Shown here: positions 1-9,368 of the stretch, piece by piece
Layout of the letters: each line of letters opens with the position of its first letter
Position numbering within the stretch: the stretch's first letter is position 1
Assembly: GCA_003990765.1 (NCBI GenBank)
Contig: RBNJ01000006.1
Location: forward strand, 47,794 to 67,793
DNA from: Jimgerdemannia flammicorona
Lineage: Eukaryota
Direction: 5' to 3'
Length of the DNA stretch: 20,000 nucleotides
Position numbers and translations under genes: made by a program
Notes under the pieces: generated by a model
What the model saw: only the letters and a program-made list of their open reading frames with translations
Database searches by the model: none
Told to the model about the DNA's origin: nothing

Positions 1-2
1 AT

Positions 3-750
3 ATCAGCAGAAGAATCATTCGAGATGAAGATGAAGAACATGAGGAGGAACAAGTAGAAATACCTCTCTGAACTCCTTTACCTTTTGTTCCTGAGACAAA
101 TAAGTTGCCATCAGAAGATGAAGAAATAGAATAAGAAGAATGGGAACCTGCTGCTCCAAAGCCTAAGAAGAAGTACACTTTGAAGACCATGCCTAGAGAC
201 ATTTATAATAAAGTCTGGCAGAAGATTCAAGAAGCCAAGATGGAAGTCCCCCTCCTGCAGTTCTTACAATTGACACTAGCTGGGGTCCAAAACAAATTGC
301 TGAGAACCACCAGGTCTAGTACTGGCCAAGTTCCAATCCCACAGCAAGAACCAGCTTCCATCTCTGTCCAATCAGCTGAAAGATATATCAGCACCTATTT
401 ACATAGAGATATTGGAGGACAAAAAGCAAAAATCCTCATAGACATAGGAGCAGCTGTCTGTATCATTGCCAAACGATTCTTGGACACCCTCCAATGGCCC
501 ATTGATGGACCATCCAACCTCAGCATCATAGTAGCAGATGGAGCCCAAACTCAACCTCTTGGAGAAGTACAAAATATCACCATCTCTCTTGGACACATTC
601 AGTTCTCCATCCCCAAAGCTGTTGTCACTGAAGCTGTCACCTATGATATGATTCTTGGCACCAACTGGATGAAGGAAATGAATGCAGTTGTTGATATCAG
701 CCAACAAGTACTCAAGTTTGATTATCAAGGCAAGAAGTATAGGATTAAGG
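3..750 (+). pseudogene. Gag C-terminal/linker region and retropepsin-type aspartic protease
   Basis: Frame +3: ...KAKILIDIGAAVCII...IIVADG..TQPLG...YDMILGTNWM. Catalytic D-T-G-A appears as D-I-G-A at 441-452 (ACA>ATA transition). The frame continues upstream past the window edge with two stops. Confidence 0.9.
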
Positions 751-2060
751 TGACTAGCAATGAGCAATCAAAGAAGAAGAAAAAGGTCACTATTCAGAAA
801 GAATATACCAGCAGTGAGGAGTTTACTACAGAAGAGGAAGAAGAATCTGAAGATGGAAATGATCCCAGACTCAATCCCCAAATCAATCTGGTGGATGACA
901 GACCAGAAGATAATGTGTGGGCCAAGAACACTATCCCTATTACCATAGGAGCTATTGCAGGAGAAGCCAAAGGATGCCCTACATGCCTCAAGAGACACAA
1001 GTGTCCTGAGCACTCCTCCAAGATCATGGGAACAAGAAAATCGCCTGGCACAGCCTGCCCAGAATGCAGAAGGAAGAAGAAGAAATGCAGACATGTTTCA
1101 GAAACACCTGCAACCGAAGCTACAGAAGTACAAGCAATTTGGGGCCAAGAATCATCCAAGGAAGAAGAAACTTCTGACCAAGAAGTTCCTGAACAAGAAG
1201 CACCTGATGAAGAAGAGGTCCCTGAACTCATTCTCTGGGATGACCCTCACTGGACACCACCTGAAGACAATGACCCTTGGAATACAGAAGAAGGACCCAG
1301 TACAATCACCATTATTCCCAAGAAAGAAACTCACCAAGAAAAGGCTTTTCAGCTAGAAAGATGTCCACACCAAATGGTCTTCTACTCTTCCCAAGACTAC
1401 TGCTATCAGTGTCATCTGTTGGACCAATAAGAAAGACAGAGACCCCAGAGATCAGAACCCCCAACTACTCTTGCACAGTCCACCACCTTTCAAGAAGTCA
1501 CCACAAGGTTACAACATTGATTTAGGGGACAAGGCCTCTTCACCCAAATAGAAATATATCCCTTGTCTACCCTTCCCCTGACCTATGATCAAGATGGGTA
1601 TTGATTCCCAAGACAACAAGAGATAAATAGCCAGGAACATCATTTTCAGGCAATGGGATATTGCAACCATAGGAGACACCCTGACTGCCAAGACTGCAGA
1701 CATCAGAAGATTCACCTCAGTCATGATGTTGCAGTGCACACTTTGAAGAAAGGAGAAAACTGAAGCCAGATTCGAAAAAACCAGATTCAAAAAAGTCAGA
1801 CCAAGAAGCCCAGAAAAAGAATCCTTAAGATCTATGATTTGGGAGAAGACATTCTAGCTCTCATTAGACATATAACCCACCAAGGATAGGCAGAAGATAT
1901 CACCAACTTCATGGAAGCCCTTGACCCTATAGGAAGGAGGGGAATCAACTATCTCTGAGACCCCTCTACTGGAGCCAGATGGCCACACCTCAACCTTAGA
2001 GCTTGGAGGCTTTCTGCTAGTGGAGTCTCAGCCTTAGGAAAGCCTGAACTCAGCAAGGAT
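751..2060 (+). pseudogene. Long PR-to-dUTPase spacer of the polyprotein: acidic low-complexity tracts plus four Cys/His clusters
   Basis: Same frame (+3) as protease and dUTPase, with only isolated stops. Clusters: CPTCLKRHKCPEH (975-1013), CPECRRKKKKCRH (1056-1094), CPH..CYQCH (1362-1415), CNHRRHPDCQDCRH (1662-1703). Confidence 0.7.
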
Positions 2061-2459
2061 ATTGCCCAGTATGTTCTGCTGCACCCCAAGGCCAAACCCC
2101 CAACCAAAGTCCACCCAGAGGATATAGGATATGATCTTCGCAGCCTGGAGGATGAATCTATCAAGCCTGGAAAAACCTTCATGGTTAGAACTGGATTAGC
2201 CATACAGCCACCCCCAGAAGCTTATATTCAACTGACCTCAAGGTCTGGACTTGCCAGACAGGAGATAACTGTAGAAGAAGGAACCATTGACCCAGGATAT
2301 ACAGGCGAAATCAAGGTCAGCAGTGCAGAATGGCACTGAATCATTAGAGGACAGAAGATTGCTCAAGCAGTCTTCATGAAAGTCAAGACCCCACAGTTAC
2401 AGGAAGTCTCTGAACTAACTGAAGGAATAAGACAAGCCAAGGGATTTGGAAGTTCAGAC
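2061..2459 (+). pseudogene. dut: Trimeric-type dUTPase domain within the Gypsy polyprotein
   Basis: Manual translation of frame +3 (absent from the ORF track): QYVLLHPKAKPPTKVHPEDIGYDLRS...VRTGLAIQPP..YIQLTSRSGLA...GTIDPGYTGEIKV...RGQKIAQAVF...RQAKGFGSSD. All five dUTPase motifs are in order. A small compensating indel with one stop lies between motifs III and IV. Confidence 0.93.
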
Positions 2460-2879
2460 AGGAAAGAGGTACATCTCCTTCAAGTCAACCATCTTAAGAG
2501 GAATGTTCCCTAGCAAGTGTACCAGTAACCAGTCAGACTGCACAAGAATCTCATCCTGGAGCCCAGAGAACAAACTATCTTCGAAATCTTTGCACCACCC
2601 GACCCCAGAAACCTTTTCTTTGAAACCAAGGAAGATATCCCATATCTGGATATAGAGGGACACACATTCCCTGACAAAATGAACCCAGTACACTCCCGAG
2701 CAACCAACCAAAGTTGGGAGACCATCATCTTACTGAAAGGAACCATCATAGGATATCTGGTGCCCTTTCTCAACTGAACTCATAGGGAAGTTTATGAACT
2801 AAACCTATCAGGAAATAGTAAAAGGTCTCAGAAGAAAGGAAAGGCCCCTCTGCGACCCAGAAGATAGTGAAGCCTTCCA

Positions 2880-3717
2880 CCAACATTGGAGAAGAACTGA
2901 CACCTCAATAACAGCAACAACTAGTAGAACTTCTCAACAAATATCAAGATATCTTCACCACTGATTATGGCAACCTGCTATACAACCCATCATATCACCA
3001 CAGCATAAATACAGGAAGTGCAACACCCATCCAGCAGAAGCCCTTTAGAATACCTATCACTTGAAAACATTCAAAAAAGAGCACATTTAAGAACTCTTAG
3101 ACAATAGAGTCATCCGACCCTCCACTAGCCCCTGGGCCAGCCCTATACTTATTGTACCAAAGAAAGGAGGATGGAGACTCTCCAGATACTTCAGCAGTAT
3201 GGACCTCTTCACAGGATTCCATGAGATCCCCATGGACCCCAAGGACATTCAAAAGACAGCTTTCCTTGCTCTAGGAAAACTGTTTGAATACCTCCAAATG
3301 CCCTTTGGACTCTGCAATACACCCCCCATCTTTCAGAGGATGATAAATTCAGTCTATGTCTCCTTGATCCACTACTGCCTGATTATATATATGGACGATT
3401 CCAACATCTATTCAGCGAATTTCAAAGAATACCTGCACCACCTAGAGGAATTCTTCAAGCTCACCCGCAAGAATCACTTGAGATTGAATACAAAGAAATG
3501 CTACTTTGGGAAACAGAAACTCGAATTCCTGGGATTCATGGTTTCAAAAGAAGGAACTTATGCAGACCCAAAGAAAACCAAGAAGATCAACAATTGGCCA
3601 GTACCCAAGACTCCAAAGGAAATACTATCATTTCTGATGCTAGTATCCTACTACAGAAGGTTCCTCAAGGACTTTGCCCAAATCACTGCCCTGATCTGAA
3701 TCCTTCTCAAGAAAGGA
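2880..3717 (+). pseudogene. Reverse transcriptase domain (Ty3/Gypsy), disrupted
   Basis: LVELLNKYQDIF...PIQQKPFRIP (frameshift) IRPSTSPWASPILIVPKKGG...YFSSMDLFTGFHEI...QMPFGLCNTPPIFQR...IYMDD (3388-3399)...KKCYFG...FLGFMVS. Confidence 0.95.
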
Positions 3718-4190
3718 ATGCCATTTAAATGGACAGAATCACAGGAAAAAGCCTTCAGAGAACTCAAGAACCATATGACTACAGCACCAATCCTTGTACA
3801 CCCCAATCTACAGAAGCCATTCATCTTGTATATAAATGCTTCCAAAGATGGCCTAGGAGCAGTTCTAGCCCAAGAAGGACCTGACCAACAGCATCATGTG
3901 ATAGCTTATGCAAGCAGAGCTACCAATCAGCAGCAGGTGAACTATAGTAGCACCAAACTGGAATGTCTTGCAGTCATATGGGCAGTCATCCTGTTCAAGC
4001 ATTACCTCATCAGAAAAAGGTTCACCCTGATCACAGACCATACAGCCCTCAAATAGCTATTCAATTGCAAGAAACCTGCTGGAATCCTAGTCTGCTAGAT
4101 CCTTATCCTTCAGGATTACAAAATCACATTTATTCACAAAGCAGGAAAACCCACAACAATGTTGATGTACTTTCCCACCAGCCCCAATGA
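3718..4190 (+). pseudogene. RT connection and RNase H domain
   Basis: FKWT..QEKAF..LK...APIL.HP..KPFILYINASKDGLGAVLAQ...IAYASR...NYSSTKLECLAVIWAV..FKHYL...FTLITDHTALK, then HKAGK.HNNVDVLS after a frameshift. Catalytic TDAS is decayed to INAS. Confidence 0.93.
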
Positions 4191-4229
4191 ACCAGAAAAA
4201 GGGTGTCCTGAGGAACCACACCCTAAAAA

Positions 4230-5255
4230 AAGCTCAAGGAATAAGAAGATCTCATCTGACAAGAACATCAGAAAGCCCACTAAGGACAGACAAGCACAGA
4301 AGATAAGATTCAAAAACAATATCAACATTGGCCCTACCTCAGAACCCAAGTATAAGATATCATTCAAAAATGTGATGTCTGCCAGAAGTACCAAGGAAAG
4401 AAGAACTATCAAGTCTCTCTGCAACTGATTCCCCCATCTACTCACATCTTTCAAAGATGGGGAATAGATGTAATTGGACCTCTACCAGTTACACCAAGAA
4501 GAAACAAATATATCCTTATATTTGTAGAACATTTGACCAAGTGGCCTGAGGCTTTCCCAATAGAAATCACAGATGCCTTAACCATTGTAGGCCTCCTCTA
4601 TGGACTTACACTCAGATATAGACCCCCAGAAGAACTCATTTCTGACAAAGGCATAGAATTCATCAATAACATAATCATAAGTTATGTCTGAATTCACAAG
4701 ATCCACCTCAAAAGAATCACATCATACTACCCCCAGACCAATGGCATGACAGAGAGAATAAACCAGACCATCAAGAAAGGACTTGCCCAAGTCAATCCTA
4801 CTAATTGGGACCTCTGCTTACCTGAGATCCTATGGGAAATTTGGAACACCCCTACCATCTCTACTAAACAAAAGCCATTCAAAATGATGTTTGCTAAGAG
4901 AACCAGAACTGCTGACCATGAGAATCTTGAAGACCTCTTCAAAAAGACAGAACAGTTACATAATCAAGCCCAAGGACAGATTATCAAAGCCCAAGAAAGA
5001 CAAAAGAAGTACTATAATCAAAAACAGAAGGATCAGAAGATCAAGATTGGAGATCAAGTACTAGTTTGGAGAAGTATGATTGAAACAAATTTTGCTGCCA
5101 AACTGAAACCCAAATGGGAAGGACCTTATCTTGTATACAACATCAGAGGGACCAGCATCTATTTAAGAAGCATGAATGGATAAACCCTCAGAACACTAGT
5201 ACACATCAATTGCCTCAAGATATATCTTTTCCCACATCATGAATCAGAGAGTTGA
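4230..5255 (+). pseudogene. Integrase (HHCC zinc finger, catalytic core, GPY module); no chromodomain seen
   Basis: Frame +3: EHQKAH...HWPYL...KCDVCQ; RWGIDVIGPLP...VEHLTKWPEAFP...LISDKGIEF...YYPQTNGMTERINQTIK; KLKPKWEGPYLV...VHINCLKIY. Probable natural stop TGA at 5253-5255. Confidence 0.93.
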
Positions 5256-5754
5256 CAACTATCTTCAGACTCTTATCCTCAGCTCATTTCAATCACTACT
5301 GGTCCCCCTACCCTAATTCTGAGAAGTCAATGGGAATACTCTCCAAAAGATCCAGATTCATCAAGAGAATCTTGTCCTGGCCAGACAATTGCTACAGGTC
5401 CATCAACTTCAGACCCACTATGCAATTGGGAAATAATTGCAGAACCTTCTAGTCTCAGAACAAACATATATCAGAAATACCACAGAACTATCAAGGAGAG
5501 ATGTTACTGCCACTAACAGACTCTACACCCTTTACAAGTGAAACTCTGCAGCTCTGATGCAAGCACAATTCTCCTGATATGATATACAAGGAATGAACCT
5601 AGCCACCTATCTGAGCATTATCAATGCTGTTGAAATCTTATTCCCTGAAAAAGAAGAAGAACCCTTAGAATGGAGTGATCATGGTATAGATGACAAAGAT
5701 GATGGAACAGGTATTGATGCAGAAGATGCTTACCCATACTAGAATGATGATTAA
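5239..5754 (+). pseudogene. Extra ORF of unknown function between integrase and PPT (about 171 codons, several transition-type stops)
   Basis: ATG at 5239 overlaps the integrase end by 17 nt. Frame +1 reads MNQRVDNYLQTLIL...LARQLLQVHQLQTHYAIGK*LQ...RRDVTATNRLYTLYK*...YDIQGMNLATYLSIINAVEILFPEKEEEPLEWSDHGIDDKDD... to TAA 5752-5754, with no frameshift and an acidic tail. Confidence 0.65.
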
Positions 5755-5781
5755 AGGATAGTCTGAGGACAGACCATCCTT

Positions 5782-5794
5782 TAGTGGGGGCTGA
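5782..5794 (+). promoter_or_regulatory. Polypurine tract (plus-strand primer site) of the Gypsy element
   Basis: GAGGAC...TTTAGTGGGGGCTGA directly precedes TGTGAC, as is typical of Gypsy 3' ends. Confidence 0.8.
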
Positions 5795-6364
5795 TGTGAC
5801 AAACCAGGATGTACCACCTGAATTATACCTTAGCCAGATAACATGAACACACAACATAATAATCAGTAACCATTGCTGTGGAAACTGTATAAATAGCCAG
5901 ACTACCAGATAAGGTATATCTGTGCAGGACCTGTACACCTGTGCTGGACCTATATACTTATACTCGACCTGTACAACTTGTTATAGATAGCAAATCTATA
6001 GTTAGCCATATAGTAATCAGATAGCAACCAACTTGTATAAATTACCCCAGAGACAAGAGTGAATAAATCTCAGTTCAAAATACAAACCAAAGAAGTCTCT
6101 AAAGATTGAGCATTAGTCCCTTATTCCACTCCAGTCCACTTTCCGATACAAAGATTGATTGGTACACTTGCCAGACTAAGCCTGAAGATTTGCTGCCAAA
6201 AGTTCAAGGAAGAACTTCACTACTTTTTGAAGAATTCAAGTTTTTGCTGCCATTCTTACCACAAGCCAGTCTTTCTGATACAACTTCACAGTGGAGCCAG
6301 TCTATGATATAACCCCATGCAAATGAAGCCAGTCTTTGATGTAACTTGCCAAGAATCCTAGTTA

Positions 6365-6960
6365 ATTCCCAGTTGAAGCTGCCAATTCAGGAGAATCTAC
6401 ATCATCTGCCATTTCCAAGTTATCCACCATATTCCCAGTTGAAGCTGCCGATTCAGGAGAATCTGTGTCATCTGCCATTTCCAAGTTATCCACCATAGAG
6501 TACTCCCAAATGAGTCAAATCATTTCGAATCAAATTGAATTGAGGGTTAAATGAGTCAGGATTTTTCAATTCGAATCAATTCAAATCAAATCAAAAGTCA
6601 AATCAAATTGAGGGTCTGATTCAAACCCTAATTTTCAAAATGCAATAACTCAGCGTAAACTCTTCCAAATCTAATGTACCTTAGCTTGTTAGAATCACAT
6701 TAATGCATTGAATCTAACAAGCTAAAATACGTTAAATTTAGATGAGTATTTGTCGAGTTATTACATTTTGAAAATTAAGGTTCAAATCGAACTTTGAATC
6801 AAATTGGACCTTTGACTCGATTCAAATCGAATCAAATTGGACCCTTGATTCGATTCGTTGGGAGCACTACCGCCATATTCCCAGTTGAAGCCGCCATTTT
6901 CAAGAAGTCCACCAATTCAGGAGAATTCACATCATCTGCCATTTTCAAGTTATCTATGTT
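6365..6960. repeat. 66-bp tandem repeat inside the LTR (two near-perfect copies plus a diverged third), split by the MITE
   Basis: ATTCCCAGTTGAAGCTGCC-ATTCAGGAGAATCT...TCATCTGCCATTTCCAAGTTATCCACCAT starts at 6365 and 6431; the third copy resumes at 6877. Confidence 0.9.
6498..6869. mobile_element. Non-autonomous DNA transposon (MITE), hAT-like, 372 bp
   Basis: 8-bp TSD CCACCATA (6490-6497) / CCGCCATA (6870-6877). Imperfect TIRs: GAGTACTCCCAAATGAGTCAAATCA versus reverse complement of the right end TAGTGCTCCCAACGAATCGAATCA. Subterminal GAATC/GATTC repeats and a long internal palindrome at ~6625-6785. Confidence 0.85.
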
Positions 6961-7575
6961 CCCAGAAGAACCCATGCTGCCCGAGCTATTATTCCCAGAA
7001 GAATCCTATTTACACCATCTGAGTAGTATTCCCAATTGAAGTTGAATCTACAACATCTGAGTTAGTTGTCCTCAGTGAGCCCGAGTTATTAAGTTATCTG
7101 CTACTAGTACAATTCTCAGTGAACCCACACCCAAATCAAGTTATCTGCCAAATTATCAGAATGATCCAAATAAGGAATCCACTCATGCTATACAAGATCA
7201 TCATGCAGAAATTGCATAAGGAGAACTGCTAAATTGCCAGACTGTCATATACAGAAATTGTTGCACTATACAGAAATCACCTGCTACTCAAGAAGAAAAC
7301 TACTCATACTACATACAAATTCAGCCATTCCCAGTTGACCTAAGAAGAAAACCTATTCACAAATTACTGCTATACCCAGAGAACCATCCCAATTAGGAAA
7401 TCAACACACAAATCGCTTGCAGATATCCAGCTTTGACTATTATACCACTAAACACCAAGGACCTTAGGAATCTTAGAACATTTTGTTGCTTTTTGACAAA
7501 GTAACTGGGGGCTCAAGCCAAACTACATCAACCCCTAACCTTGTAATTTGCCTCCATTGAGCCAGACACATTACA

Positions 7576-8456
7576 ATATATATACTATATACTTCTTATA
7601 AGTAATATATGTTCAAACAATTCTCAAATATTTCAATATGAATAAATATAAGTCTGTCAGCACTCTTATAGATACTTTCATGAAGTTAAGAAAGCCTGAT
7701 ACTATTTCTGAAGATGACAATAATATATAAGCCAAAAATGATATCAAAGATATACTATATCAGTAACTAATTAGTTCTCTTATATATATATCTCATACTA
7801 GGAATAAGACCCAACATAATGTATACTATAAATAAGATAGCACAATATTCCTCCTACTATGATAATTTATATTAGAGTACCATTAAGAGAATATTTAGAT
7901 ATCTTAAGGATATGACATACTATATACTTATATTAAATAATAGTAATGGTGAGAGAAATAATAAGAAGAATGACATCTAACTATCTAGTATATATGATAC
8001 AGATTGGGCAGGTGATCTCAATGACTACTAATCTATAACCAGATATCTATTTCATATTAGCAACCAAGAGTCTGTCATCTTATGATAAATATATATATAA
8101 TTATCTAAAGAAATATTATTAATATAGACAAAATATCAGGCATTATCATTGGTAATAAAAGAAGCTATTTAGCTCTATTAAAAGAACTTGGATTCACTCA
8201 AAAACAGAGCACTATGCTATACCAAGATAATTAGTCTATAATTATACTTACTAAAAATCTGATATATTATAGTAGAATAAAATATATCAATATACAGCAT
8301 TATTTCATTTATAAATATATAGAAAACAGTGTTATATACTTGAAATATATCTCAATAGAGTACATAGTCACTGATTCACTTACAAAAGTCCTTCTAAAAC
8401 TAAAGTTCAAGCTATGTATTAACAAAATGGATCTTATGAACAATATGCCAGTTTAG
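7576..8456 (+). mobile_element. Highly degenerate Ty1/Copia remnant (RT C-terminus and RNase H)
   Basis: Decayed Copia motifs in order: YVQTILKYFNM..KSVSTL; YQ*LISSL..LGIRPNIMYTINKIAQY (YQSLVGSL..TRPDI); KRIFRYLK; YDTDWAGD; LYQDN*SII.L.KN...RIKYINIQHYFI (RTKHIDI.YHF); VTDSLTKVL (ADILTK.L). Confidence 0.88.
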
Positions 8457-8578
8457 TAGTTAATTATGAGATACTTTTCAGGCCCTAAAAAGTCTCTCTT
8501 ACTGTATTTACATTATTTTTACATTATTTATATCCATATCTTACATTCTCATTACATCTCTTATCTATGAGTGGATTT

Positions 8579-8889
8579 TGTAGATATTTTAGATATTATA
8601 GAATACTTTTCAATCTGCAAAAATTCCTTAGATATAGGATTTTATAATAATACTTTGGATTATATATAGTTTTAGTTTTTGCATATATTATATTACTTTT
8701 TACTCTAGTTTGTATTCCCTTTTCTTTTTTTGGATTTATATATCTCATTGAGTAGGAGTGATGGAATATATAGTAACTCAATATATCAAAATATAACTTA
8801 TACTATTTTATTAGATTTATGTCATTCATCAGTAATATGTGAAATATGTGACCTATGTAACTTCAATAAAGTATCTCTCTTTTATAACA
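8579..8889 (+). repeat. Possible 3' LTR of the Copia remnant
   Basis: Decayed purine tract ATGAGTGGA (~8567-8575), then TGTAGA... ending AATAAA (8865-8870)...TTATAACA. It sits between the Copia RNase H end and the next Gypsy remnant. Boundaries are inferred. Confidence 0.35.
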
Positions 8890-8899
8890 TAATTGATTT

Positions 8900-9368
8900 G
8901 ATAGTACTAAGTTAAGAATAAAGTTACTTTACTATAAGACAGGACTAATATTACTATTAAGATAGATAAGTCTGTAAATAAGACTCAGATTGTAATTATA
9001 TCTATAATATAATTTAAGAAGATACTTAAGAAAGTAATATATATTTTTATTACTATTATCTAACTTAAGAAACAAAACAAGAAGCTATTAATCAATAAAA
9101 GTATCAAGTTGCTACTAGATAAATTTAAGAATATCTTTTCAGATAAGCTATCTGATCTACTACTTATATAAGAAGTAGATTATAAAATAGAATTGATCTC
9201 AGAAACTGAACCCTTCAAAAAATATTTATACTATATATTATCTCTCAAGATAGAAGCAGTCAAGAAAGAATTAGAAAACCTACTTGTCTGAGGAGTTATT
9301 CAACCCATCAAGTTATCCTTTGGCTCACTATTTCTTTTTGTCAAAAAAAAAGAATAGAACTCTGAGAG
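8900..9368 (+). mobile_element. Second, highly degenerate Ty3/Gypsy remnant (PR-RT linker and RT N-terminus; chromovirus-like signature)
   Basis: IISII*FKKILKK...IKLLLDKFKNIFSDKLSDLLLI*EVDYKIELISETEP...VKKELENLLV*GVIQPIKLSFGSLFLFVKKK.NRTLR matches decayed LL..F.DVF...LPP.R.VDH.IEL...PS.SPFGAPVLFVKKKDGTLR. It differs from the first element's RT. Confidence 0.8.

Larger units (their letters stand above)
1..7575 (+). mobile_element. Degenerate Ty3/Gypsy LTR retrotransposon, 5' part outside the window (PR-dUTPase-RT-RH-IN, extra ORF, PPT, 3' LTR)
   Basis: Domain order PR > RT (YMDD) > RNase H > integrase (HHCC, core, GPY) is the Metaviridae order. A purine tract and a TG...CA LTR follow. Many in-frame stops (mostly TGA/TAA/TAG explainable by transitions) and a few frameshifts. 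Confidence 0.95.
5795..7575 (+). repeat. 3' LTR of the Gypsy element (about 1.4 kb without the MITE)
   Basis: Starts TGTGAC after the PPT. Ends CACATTACA (decayed GTCACA) exactly where AT-rich Copia coding sequence begins. TATAAA at ~5888 and ~6036, AATAAA at 6062-6067. The 5' LTR is not in the window, so the end point is inferred. Confidence 0.7.

Noticed and set aside
5184-5754. Chromodomain or Env downstream of the integrase
   Set aside because: No Y.VE.I...YLVKW.G chromodomain motif, signal peptide, or transmembrane helix is visible.
399-5938. Many short antisense or off-frame ORFs over the Gypsy element (e.g. 794-1231, 955-1356, 4159-4428, 5252-5452, 5621-5938)
   Set aside because: They are shadows of the decayed polyprotein and ORF3 frames, with no independent motifs.
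6365-6960. CRISPR-like repeat array
   Set aside because: Contiguous tandem units without unique spacers, in a eukaryotic LTR, with no cas genes.
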